64,000 bases of DNA, taken from the NCBI GenBank assembly GCA_973895155.1, contig OZ316893.1, positions 4,260,490-4,324,489 of the forward strand, given 5' to 3'. Below, piece by piece: positions 20,683 to 32,260 of this stretch. Numbering within the stretch: position 1 is the stretch's first letter; each line of letters opens with the position of its first letter. The position numbers were made by a program, and so were the translations under genes. The notes below the pieces were generated by a model. That model did no database searches. It was not told the origin of the DNA and saw only the letters and a list, made by a program, of their open reading frames with translations. Source of the stretch: Marsupella aquatica. Lineage: Eukaryota; Plantae; Marchantiophyta.

Positions 20683-22175
20683 TTCACGCGACTGGTCGCG
20701 TCTACAAATCAGAATGCATAAACAATTCTTTGAGAGACTGATTTTTTCGGGTCACAACATGAAATCATAAATGTTGCTTCGTCCTCTAACAGAACCAGTC
20801 AATGAGAGAGCAACCTCAGACGCGACTGGTCGCGTCAACTGAACCTAAACAACTATATCCACTGAACCTTCTGTGGAGATTTGGATATGGTACGCGCTCA
20901 GTAAATCTATCCAGTTTCCTTCTCACACGCGACTGGTCGCGTCAATTGGTCCTAAAAGGAACCTTACCTCCTCTAACAGAGCGAGTTAATGAGAGATCTA
21001 CGTCAGACGCGACTAGTCACGTCAATTGGTCCTAAAAGGAACCTGACCTCCTCTAACAGAACCAGTCAATGAGAGAGCAACCTCAGACGCGACTGGTCAC
21101 GTCAACTGAACCTAAACAACTATATCCACTGAACCTTCTGTGGAGATTTGGATATGGTACGCGCTTAGTAAATCTATCCAGTTTCCTTCTCACACGCGAC
21201 TGGTCGCATCAACTGGTCCTAAAAGGAACCTTACCTCCTCTAACAGAGCCAGTCAATGAGAGATCTACGTCAGACGCGACTAGTCACGTCAACTGGTCCT
21301 AAAAGGAACCCTACCTCCTCTAACAGAACCAGTCAATGAGAGAGCAACCTCAGACGCGACTGGTCGCGTCAACTGAACCTAAACAACTATATCCACTGAA
21401 CCTTCCTTGTGGAGATTTGGATATGGTACGCGCTTAGTAAATCTATCCAGTTTCCTTCTCACACGTGACTAGTCACGTCAACTGGTCCTAAAAGGAACCT
21501 TACCTCCTCTAACAGAACCAGTCAATGAGAGAGCAACCTCAAACACGACTGGTCGCGTCAACTGAACCTAAACAACTATATCCACTGAACCTTCTGTGGA
21601 GATTTGGATATGGTACGCGCTCAGTAAATCTATCCAGTTTCCTTCTCACACGCGACTGGTCGCGTCAACTGGTCCTAAAAGGAACCTTACCTCCTCTAAC
21701 AGAGCCAGTCAATGAGAGATCTACGTCAGACGCGACTAGTCACGTCAACTGGTCCTAAAAGGAACCCTACCTCCTCTAACAGAACCAGTCAATGAGAGAG
21801 CTACCTCAGACGTGACTGGTCACGTTAACTGAACCTAAACAACTATATCCACTGCACCTTCCTTGTGGAGATTTAGATATGGTACGCGCTCAGTAAATCT
21901 ATCCAGTTTCCTTCTCACACGCGACTGGTCGCGTCGACTGGTCCTAAAAGGAACCTTACCTCCTCTAACAGAGCGAGTCAATGAGAGATCTACGTCAGAC
22001 GCGACTGGTCGCGTCAACTGAACCTAAACAACTATATCCACTGAACATTTTGTGGAGATTTGGATATGGTACGCGCTCAATAAATCTATCCAATTTCCTT
22101 CTCACACGCGACTGGTCGCATCAACTGGTCCTAAAAAGAACCTCACAGTATTTTCACGCGACTGGTCGCGTCAAC
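20683..22175. repeat. Composite tandem array (~78-80-bp and ~110-bp subunits) carrying ~17 copies of the ACGCG-N6-CGCGT palindrome
   Basis: Repeated CCTCTAACAGAACCAGTCAATGAGAGA...ACGCGACTGGTCGCGT units. Confidence 0.93.
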
Positions 22176-24699
22176 AGCTCAAACAACTTTTGGACAATAG
22201 GATAATACAGTGATATAACTGTGATTACTGACCGGTATGGACAAGGAAATCTGAGTAAGCATGATTTCATTCATTTGTATTCATTCATGAACTTTACAAT
22301 AATTCAGATGTTTGAGCTCTGTCATTGTGAAACTATTATATATTAGAAGTTTAGAGAATGATCCAGCTAAGATGATTCAATTTAGCAGTCTACTGGTTGT
22401 ATTCGTCAATTAAAGGATTCAGTGTAATGAGATTCACATAACATGAGAGTTTATATGATTAAATTCACAGCGTGCAAGTTTGTAATGACTTACTTAAGAC
22501 GATTCAGGTTGTATTTTAATTAGTGAGTTTGTATGATTCACACATATTTGAGTTTACAAACAAACCGCATTATGAAAACTGTGCTTAACAATCAAGAGAA
22601 ATTTTAGCAAACCACAATCAATACCAGCAGAAAATGTAGAAATTACACCTGAATTCTGAAAAATTGATGTAATCGTCTGAGAGATTGACGTCCAAGCACT
22701 TGAACACCTTGCTGCGGCATTCCAGAAAGTAAATATAAGATTGAAGATATTAATATGCTAAGCAACAACAACACAGCTTCTATACTTCTATACATAGAGC
22801 TTCGCTGCCACCAATTGAATAACATGTGCTTAATGCTAAGGAGCTCATTATGTCGAGTTAAAAAGACTCTTTCAGAAGTACAATCAAAGCTATGGATAGG
22901 CAAACTGAGCATGAATAAAAGCGCACTAAACCTGAAGATTCAAAGAGGTGAAACAAACCTGAATGTTGAATGGAAGGAGCTAAAACAAGCTGCCAAAAAG
23001 TAGTTCGAGCTGCTGAAACACGTTGATCGAGCTGATATGAGCTTAAAATTGGCTGACACGAGCTGATACAAGCACTCCCAAAAAGCTAGCTGCAACGAAC
23101 TAGCAAACTAGAAGTGAATACGAGCTGTAAATGCGAACTGCAATGCGCCAACGAGCTTCTGGTCGAAACGATGGACAACTACTAAGAGCTGCAACGCGCC
23201 GACAAGCACCTGACCACAACAAACGAGCTGCAACGACAAAAATGAAATCCAGGGCAGGAGCGAGAGCGAGAGCGACAAGAGCAGGCGCGCGAAAGTCTAG
23301 GGAGCGAGAAACAACAACAATGAACAATGAACTCGAGACCGTGGGCGCCGACACTAAGGAAGGACTAATTAGGGTATTGTTTTAGCATAACCCTAATAAC
23401 AGCCTAGCGACAAGAAGGTTCCAGATGATCTCCGTACACTCCACCATCGACTGAACAAACTATGCAATCGTGAAAAAAGATTACCGAATTCCTTTTGATT
23501 TTCCGTACTAAAGGAGATTTCTATTTGATTGTCAATTTGAAATTTAAACCGTTAATTATGCAACTGTGAAAGATTGTTAGTGTGGACCCCCGGATCCGGA
23601 TCCGGATCCGTATCTTCACTATATCTACCAATTCAAATCCAAAATATGAACGAACGACAACTTTCTCACGATCGTTCCATCACGTAGTGGAGGCGAACTT
23701 CAAAATCATTCCATTTTGGTAGTGGAGACCGTCGGATCCGGATCCGTACTCCACTCTCTATCTTGCAAATTCAAACCCTTACTCTAAACAACGTAAAATG
23801 ATTCTCACGGTCGGGGAGAACCGATATTAAAAATCAATCCTATACAATGATTCTCACGACTGAAGACTCAACCAATTTTCAAAATCAAAATTGAGTCCAG
23901 ATGAACACATCCTCCATGGAGTCAATAGACTGATCTCATTGCTCACGGATCATTCTTCATTTTCAGTTTCTCCTGACCAGGATACTAGCTAGGCTCTCAG
24001 CGGAGGCTGATCCAAGGCACATTTGAGGTGGAGCAAATTGGATCATTCGACTATTCCAGTCGGAGGCAGAGCTCATTCAAGCAACGCTGGCTCAGTTCTT
24101 GTTGTATCACCTTCAATCTTGGGGAGAGCACATCCGATCAAGCAAGAGAGTTGCGACGAAGCGAGACGACAAACATTTAGAACCTCCATAGTCTGCCTCA
24201 TTCATCAAAGCATTCTAGCGGACCAACAAAGAGCGGCTATTCTGAAATCATAGTCTGGTCGAGGATTTTGATCTTGATACGATCAACAAGTTGTCATTCT
24301 CTGGTGGTGGGATTCGATCACGATACTCAAGGAAATTGGAGTTCGAAGGAGGAGGCTTAGTTGGCTGGGACGAGGAGGGTACGCTGGAAGGAAGAGGCTT
24401 GGCTGGGAGGAGGGTTTCCGCCAACATCGGAGGGTTGCCGCCAACATTGCTGAGACCACACGCAACTGAATAACTTGTAAGTATCAATCAGCATTAATTC
24501 CACAATAAATGAGGAGAGTAGTTGCCTTAAATCACGCATTCAATGCATGAATTGAGTCAATGAAGTTATGGTCCAATTTCTCACTCCGATTTTGATCAAT
24601 CCGTGTTTCAAGTCCAATACAGAAGCAATGTATCAGAAGTACTAGTAGAGGATCCGAATGAATTCTCTAGTCTAAAATTGTATGGCGTACGCGTATAGT

Positions 24700-25662
24700 T
24701 GTCCGTACGTTTTGCTATTGTTTATTGTAGTCGACGGCCTATCAAAACGAAACGTAATCGAGGTCCATTTTTCAGATCTTCCTGATCTCAACTTGCTAGT
24801 AGGATGACCTGTTTTTTGGTTACACATGCAGTTCGTCACGCGCACAGTCGAGTGAACCAATTTATCTCATGTCTTTTGATATTGTTTATTGTAGTCGACA
24901 GCCTAGCGAATTGGCCAGAAATCTATTTTAAAACCAACATGTTCGTTTCATCACGCGCACGGTCGCGTTAATGTTTTAGAGGTCAACGAAAGTTCTGCAC
25001 TCTTAGACGTAATCGCCCTTTATTTCAGAGATCTTCCTGATCTCAACTTGTTAGTAGGATGACCTGTTTTTTGGTTACACATGTAGTTCGTCACGCGCAC
25101 AGTCTCGTGAACCAATTTATCTCGTGTCTTTTGATAATGTTTATTGTAGTCGAAAGCCTAGAGAATTGGCCAGAAAGCTATTTTGAAACCGAGTTCTGAT
25201 TCACGCGACCGGTCGCGTTAATGTTTTAGAGGTCAGCGAAAGCTCTGCACTCTTAGACGTAATCGCCCTTTATTTCTCAGATCTTTCTGATCTCAACTTG
25301 TTAGTAGGATGACCTATTTTTTGGGTTACACATGTAGTTCATCACGCGCACAGTCATGTGAACCAATTTATCTTGATATTGTTTATTGTAGTCGACTGCC
25401 CAGCGAATTGGCCAGAAATATATTTTAAAACCGAGGTCTTCGTTTCATCACGCGCCCGGTCGCGTTAATGTTTTAGAGGTCAGCGAAAGCTCTGCACTCT
25501 TAGACGTAATCGCCCTTTATTTCTCAGATCTGCCTGATCTCAACTTGTTAGTAGGATGACCTATTTTTGGTTACACATGTAGTTCATCACGCGCATAGTC
25601 GCGTGAACCAATTTATCTCAGGTCTTTTTGATATTGTTTATTGTAGTCGACAGCCTAGCGAA
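24700..25662. repeat. Tandem array of ~4 x ~250-bp units with palindrome copies
   Basis: TGATCTCAACTTG recurs at ~24783, 25038, 25288, 25535; palindromes e.g. 24953-24968 and 25203-25218. Confidence 0.92.
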
Positions 25663-25867
25663 TTGTTAGTCAAAGGAATCTCGATTTTTCCTTGATTGCA
25701 AAAATGGTTACATCGATCCCGAAGGACTTTGGATGTGGAATCCATATCCACTAGCACTATCCAGGAATTTAAGCTACATAGTATCTATAACAAGTTCTAA
25801 CTTGAACTACTCTTGAATCTGTAGTTCTAATCTTCGACTACTCAAAATATTGTTGACTTCGATCGAG

Positions 25868-26407
25868 TCAGTCATTCCAAGATGAAGGCATCCACTCATC
25901 GGTGTCTGGTGTGGATTCCCTTGAATCCAGAAATTCTTCCTTTGCCCAAGTCCTAACGTCCATAGATTTTCTCGGCTTGCTCTTTCTGTAATACAAATCA
26001 GAATCTTCGTTCATCTCTAATTGCCTTTTCTTCGGTGCGTCCACTTTCTTGGCCTCCTTCTTGACTGTCTTAGCGTCTGTTGCTGCTTCCCCCGAAATGG
26101 ATTCGACGCATGCTCTGGCCAACTTCTCCCCCCTCGAAATGGATTCCACGAGGGCTTTGCCCTTTAACTTCTCCCCTGATGCCATCTTTGTAGTCATCTC
26201 TGTCGGATTGGTCTCCATCTGATCTTCCATCGACAAATGTGGCAAACAATGTCGTCTCTCACAAAACATTTGACCCGATTTAGTCACCGTAAACATTATA
26301 TTACATCGCTAACACATTCTGTAAGGAGTACCACGAATTCGATACGTCGAACCTTCTGAATCGTCCGTCGAAACATCCTCATTCTTTGAGCTCAGCGGAG
26401 TAGTCAT
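25868..26407 (-). pseudogene. Small ORF with a C-x2-C...C-x4-C putative Zn finger and basic C-terminus; TAG at 26309-26311
   Basis: ATG at 26407 in frame with 25868-26296: ...YRMC*RCNIMF...FCERRHC; TATA-like TATAAAG (- strand) at ~26540. Confidence 0.5.
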
Positions 26408-26885
26408 CGCCCTTCAAACAAGAGATGCTGACCGAGACTAAGAATTGGAAATGAGAGAGCTGATGTGCGAATAGATTATCCAGTAGCCAAAAAGTGGAAT
26501 GCGTGGGGGAATGAGCAATAGAGATCATCTCAATGCTTTATACTGTTTAGTCTCCACTAGTCATTGTACATAGTGGTTTCTAGAAGAGGGTGCGCGTTTG
26601 ACTGGCGCGTATTAGAATTGGCGGGAAGTTCAGTTGTCCTCTAATTATGACTTTAATTTCACGTTTGGCGACCGCCCCGGGAATACTGATTGCTAGTGAA
26701 GTACTGAGATTTCTTATGAAGGTCAGTAGTTACTGACTGTCCGGTGTCCACTCATTGGTAAACTGGTACTGTCCACTCATTTTTCCTGAGTGGAGTTGAA
26801 ATGATTGTTCGTAATCGATTGTAGTCGTTCTCATTCACTTGAAATGACTGACGGACCATGCATTATCTTTACCGGTATGTGTGAT

Positions 26886-27340
26886 GCCTTTAGATCCGTA
26901 ATTGTATCTTCTTGTCTCGCGTGCAATCGTATCTTACTTATGAAGTACCAATTACGAGCTAGAGTTTGGGCCTAGCCTTCTAGCTTCTACGTCGTAGACC
27001 CTGTACCCTCTGACTAAGGTCACGCGACATGCCTTTAGATCCGTAATTGTATCTTCCTATCTCACGCGCAATCGTATCTTACTTATGAAGTACCAATTAC
27101 GAGCTAGAGTTTGGGCCTAGCCTTCTAGCTTCTACGTCGTAGACCCTGTACCCTCTGACTAAGGTCACGTGACATGCCTTTAGATCCGTAATTGTATCTT
27201 CCTGTCTCACGCGCAATCGTATCTTACTTATGAAGTACCAAGTACGAGCTAGAGTTTGGGCCTAGCCTTCTAGCTTCTATGTCGTAGACCCTGTTATCCC
27301 TACACCCTCTGACTAAGGTCACGCGACTAGTCGCGTGCAG
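26886..27340. repeat. Tandem array of 3 x 145-bp units upstream of the transposase
   Basis: GCCTTTAGATCCGTAATTG at 26886, 27031, 27176; ends in the perfect palindrome ACGCGACTAGTCGCGT (27321-27336). Confidence 0.93.
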
Positions 27341-27711
27341 GGCAGTGCATTGACTACATTCTGCCTACTTATTGACGGTTGTGACAGGACAATGCAGTTC
27401 ACTGATGTTTTACTGGCGCTTATTAGCACTACTGTCCTTAGTAGTTACTGACTGTCCACTCATTTGTTCTGAGTGGATGTGAAATGATTGATCGTAATCG
27501 ATTATGGTCATTCTCATTCATTTGACATGATTGACGGACCATGCATAGTCTGTTGCCGGTATGTGTGGTACCTCTAGGGTCACGCAACCAGTCGCGTGCA
27601 GCGCAGTGCATTGACTACATTCTGCTTATTGACCGACGTGACAGGACAGTGCAGTGAAATTGACGGACGTGACAGGACTGTACGCTTACAGTGATATTCT
27701 CTGATGTGCAG

Positions 27712-30700
27712 GATCATAATTATTATGGTGACATCGACAGTCTGGATCAAGGAAGGCGGACAAGTAATTATAGGCATACGTGAGAAACAGGTTGGAAAAG
27801 GTCGCGTGATAAGTCTTGATCCTTCCAGGGTTTGTCACAATGTTCCTCTTGGGGTGGACAGAGTTCTTCTTCTATTGGAGGAAGTTTTTGACGAGACCAT
27901 TCTATGCGAAGATGGCGAACTTTTGAAGGACATGATTGGGGGTTACCTTGTATGGGAAAGGAATCAGCTTTTTCGAGCTCCCATGGAATCGGAGGATGTG
28001 TTTGGCACTGTTGGTGATGATCAAGATCCAGTCAATCAAAATTCTGATGGGAACAACCATAATGAGAGTCGGTCTGGTGTGGAAGTAGTTTTACCAAAGG
28101 CCTTGTGGATGGGCATGCCTGTAAAGGTGGTGGATGAGAACAAGTTGATATTTGCAGTGGCAACTATACATGTTCTAGATCCTATAGTCAAGCTTGGGGA
28201 TGTCACCCTTGGGAATACACATGTGGGAATTCTGATCAACGATTTTGTCGAGGGAGCTACCATAGATCATCTGAAGCATAGAGATTGCTTAAAAGCTTGG
28301 TCGATGGACCAACTCATTGCCAAGGATGGCAACTTGTTGTCTTTCCACAACATCAGGCAAGCTGTGGGAGGGAACACATCTCCAACAAGTGGCAAGCGGT
28401 CCTACGTCCATAAAAGTAGGAAAAGAAAGAGTCCATCTTCCCAGACATCTAGAAGAGACACATCTTTGGCACGTCAAGATGTGTTGTTGATAAACACTAA
28501 GGACTGTTGTAGTGAACATTGTTGCCAATATTTGGACCGCAACTTGGCTATGGCAATTAGGCAAAAGTGGTGGTCAAAATCTTTTGCGGAGCGCAAGGAG
28601 GAGGAAATCAAGGCTATTAAAAATACAATACACTTGGGTACTGGAGAAAGGATTCTAGCAGTGGAGGGCAAAGTATTGTGCTTGGAGGCATGGAGAATCA
28701 TTCATTCAAGAGGAAAGACTCAATTTTATGCCTTGAAGAAGACTGTGATGGCTGGAATGAACATAGGTACCCATGGTAATGCTGGAAAAAGGCGTATGTC
28801 CGAGAAAGTATCTCAAGCGTTCATGTCAATGAAAGAGATCATTGAGGAGGCAGCTGATCATCATCCAGCCAAGTTGAGAACCATGGCAGATAATACAAGG
28901 ATGGTTTTGAGGGAATTGCCAACAAATCTTACTTGGGAGAATATTATAAACAGGGTTAATCTTGTCAACCAGGAGGCTGGTCTTCCTCCAATTTCCCAAC
29001 CCACCTTGAGTCATCTACATCAGATGTGTTTCAGGGAGTTCTCACGTCACAAAAAAGGCAACAACTTTTCAAAGTGTACAACTTGTAGTGAGTTGCTTCA
29101 ACGGAAAGCAAACCTTACAGGAGCTAAGGAAGAGTTAGAGGGCCTAAGGCGTGACGAGGAGGAACATCACCAAGACCACACACAACAAAGAATGTGCTAT
29201 CATACCTGGAGATATGAGTCCATCCATCGTCCAAAGGAAGTATTATGCCTTATTCATGATAAGATGGATCATTCAAAGACAGCTCTCCCAAGAATGCCCT
29301 TCAATCCTAAGCATGTGGATGGTGCCCAAAAGTTCCCAATTACTGTCACTGGTATCCTTACTCATGGTCATGGTCCCAAGGCCATAGCCCAATATCATGT
29401 TGGAGTGTGGCCAGGTGATGTCAACATCACTATTGGGTCAATTGATTCAATACTAAGGATGTTGGAAAACCCAAATCCAATGATCAAATCACTTGTGGAG
29501 AGGCCAGACTCGACAAGTCTTTTTAAAGACCTCCTTTTTGGGAGAGCAGATATCTTGGAGGCAAGTGTCCTTAGAGCATTTGAGGATGACATTGCCTACA
29601 TCTCAAGCCTAGGTACTTTACTCACAATCCTTTAATTTATTATTATTTAATAATATAAGCTCACACACACTGACACTCTACTTTGTGTAGTTGTTGCTCC
29701 TCCTAGCCAAGGTTTCATTAATAGGGTTTAAACCCTAAACCCTAAATTGGGGTTTAGGGTCTGACTAGGGTTTTGTTTAAAAGCATTTTGAGATTGTTAC
29801 ATTGTGATGCAGCACCTGAGGCACCAAAGTTTAGGCCCCTTCCACGAGTATTGAAGCTACAACTAGATAATTGTGCCCAGACAACAAGAACAGATATATG
29901 ATGGCTTATTTGTCACTGTTGACGGCAAGGGAGGTGTTTGAAGAGGTTCATCTTGGTTTTATGGTGGTTGGGCATACTGAGGACGTTGACGGTATGTTCG
30001 GGCATTTTTCAGAGTCTATGATGCATAACCCCACATACTCATTGCCTGAGTTAATGTCCTTGTTCATGAGAGCAAGGACACCCAATGCAGTCCCACATTT
30101 TCTACAGGAGGTCCCAGATTTCAAAAACTACTTAGCTCCATTCATGTTGAAGGGCCTGAGGCATTGGTGGGGCATTTAAAACCCAGGCTGTTTAGGTTCT
30201 ATGTTCGTCATGATAGTATGCCATGCTTCCAGTACAAAATGAAGTCAACTGATCAGGGATGGTTACCCAAGGAAGGTATTGAAATGTGGTCATGGAAAGA
30301 TGACAAAAGTCCTCACATCCCAATTGGGGTGCCCAAACGGCTACCAATGATGGAGTTGAAAATGCTTCCTGAACTGCTGACAGGGTTGAAGAAGCATGTG
30401 TCATTCTTTGAGTTTATTCTAAAGCGAACAAAAGAGGAAGAACCAAAGCGACGTTGGACAACTCTCATCAATTATTGGAATGACATTGTAGATACTCTAC
30501 AGGGTGAGCAGGTGCAATATGAACCTGAAGGTGCACACAACTTGGAATACGGGTTTTGGCCTTTATCAATATGGAGAGAGCACGTTCCACCAGAATATCG
30601 AAATGTGGCATGTGAGTTGGAGGCAATAGTGGATTATGTGGGACCAGCAAAAGATAAACCTCCTGAGAGTTTTAACCCTAGGGTTGATGTTGTGAAGGGC

Positions 30701-31096
30701 TGTTATGTGTTGGTACGGCCGGACGACTCAGACCTGGATGTTTATCCCGTCCATATGGGGTTAGTTGTTACAGATGTGGTAGAAGGACCAGTGAATGAAC
30801 AAAACCTTCTTACTCATGTATGTGGCGTTGAGTGGTTTAGACCATTTATGGCAAAGAAGCAACGTGGTCAATCAGACTGGCAGCCAAGAGAGCGGTGGGC
30901 AGATTCTTGGGATAAGAAATGGGAATGTGATCCATCTTCAATATACAAGGAAGCTGAGACAATAGATGTTTCCTCTGCCTTGTGGTGTTTCAAAGCACGC
31001 AAAGGACCAGTGACAGGGCTGGTAGGAATTCCAAAGAATGTTGCTGTCAAGGCAAGAGATTATCTCTTGACATGCATAGCAAGTGACAAATCCTAG
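27712..31096 (+). pseudogene. DDD/E transposase with Sola-like motifs; spliced; frameshifts at ~29878 and ~30160
   Basis: CCSEHCC, HGNAG, FSKCTTC, CLIHDKMDHSKTALP, LKLQLDNCA/DNKNRY, FMVVGHT-EDVDGMFG. Inferred exons 27712-29612, 29691-29711, 29813-31096; first exon not located. Confidence 0.8.
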
Positions 31097-31189
31097 ACAG
31101 TAATGAAGCATGTAGTTTAGCATACAGTTTAAAAGGCAACTCAGAATAGTAGTAGCCAGAGAACTCAAGTTTAGACAAGTCTTATCGTC

Positions 31190-31770
31190 TAAGTTAGTTA
31201 GTTGGTTAGTTTATTTAAGATATAATATTAGTTAGTGGGGCCTTAGTTTGGTGATATTAAGGCATGATATTATTGACATTCAAATGAATGTCCAGTAGAC
31301 ATTGTAATATACAACAATCCTATTAATAAATAATAATTATAGTTACACCCTCAAGTGAACTCAACTTTCAATGATTTCTGATTTTATATGGTTCCATGCC
31401 TGATTGAGTCAAAGCAATAGAAACTAACTAATTAAAGGGTGATACTATAATTGTAGGTCACGCACCCTGGTGCGTGTCAATCTTTTTTGTATTCAATCCT
31501 ATAGTAATTAAATAGACAAGTTAGTTAGTTGGTTAGTTTATTTAAGATATAATATTAGTTAGTGGGCCCTTAGTTTGGTGATATTAAGGCATGATATTAT
31601 TGACATTCAAATGAATGTCCAGTAGACATTGTAATATACAACAATCCTATTAATTGTTGTAAAGAAACTAATTAATTAAAGGGTGGTACTTACTATGATT
31701 GTAGGTCACGCACCCTGGTGCGTGTCAATCTTTTTTGTATTAAAACCCTATAATAATTAAATAGACAATT
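31190..31770. repeat. Subterminal direct duplication near the right end of the DNA transposon
   Basis: AAGTTAGTTAGTTGGTTAG... blocks at ~31191 and ~31518; each copy is followed by the variant palindrome ACGCACCCTGGTGCGT (31460, 31708). Confidence 0.85.
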
Positions 31771-31961
31771 GAAACAATGAATGATAGTTTAATTAAGGAT
31801 TTGTGCATGGATCAAGAGGTACTTGATGTCATTTAGTGATGCATTGTTATAAAGATCTTGCAACAAAACATTTGAAGTTTTTGACTATCCCACCAAATGT
31901 TAAAGAGGTTGATCATTCATTAACTAATAATATTTAGATAAAATTGGAATTAATCTAATAC

Positions 31962-31985
31962 TTCAGTATTCCTTAAATTGGGGTT
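31962..31985 (-). repeat. Right terminal inverted repeat
   Basis: TTCAGTATTCCTTAAATTGGGGTT followed by TTTT. Confidence 0.88.
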
Positions 31986-31989
31986 TTTT

Positions 31990-32260
31990 GGCTGTGGTCT
32001 GGGGGGGATACAGAGGTTTACACCTCCACTACGTACATACCATTTCATTTGCTTTTTCTTGGCACTTGTGAATGTGATTGGACTTTTTCTATGCATGTTG
32101 GTTGCTAGCAGCTTGCACATATGCCTTGCCGGTGACTTGGATGTTTTCGATACACTATGGCTACGATACTATATGTCACGACAAAGAGCCTTATTACTAA
32201 TATTGTGATGAATGTATATACATGGATGTTGCCTACTTTAAAAAATATTATAAAAAACAG
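31990..32260 (+). mobile_element. Probable 3' remainder of the PHD-Ty3 element
   Basis: Rejoining at the TTTT TSD places GGTCTGGGGGGGATAC (PPT-like) ~30 nt after the pol stop; right boundary uncertain. Confidence 0.55.

Larger units (their letters stand above)
2121..31985 (+). mobile_element. Giant cut-and-paste DNA transposon (29,865 bp; ~20.9 kb without the nested LTR element) with Sola-like transposase and multi-gene cargo
   Basis: TIRs AACCCCAATTTAAGGAAAACCGAA (2121-2144) and the reverse complement of 31962-31985, AACCCCAATTTAAGGAATACTGAA (22/24 identical, first 17 perfect). Exactly TTTT flanks both ends (2117-2120, 31986-31989). Transposase at 27712-31096. Confidence 0.88.

Noticed and set aside
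20783-22175. Palindromic repeats as a CRISPR array, and the repeated MREQPQTRL ORFs as genes
   Set aside because: The intervening sequences are themselves repeated rather than unique spacers, there are no cas genes, and the context is eukaryotic. The ORFs are by-products of the tandem array.
22643-24539. Several short ORFs in the centre of the transposon
   Set aside because: No recognisable motifs and low complexity; more likely promoter/leader sequence.
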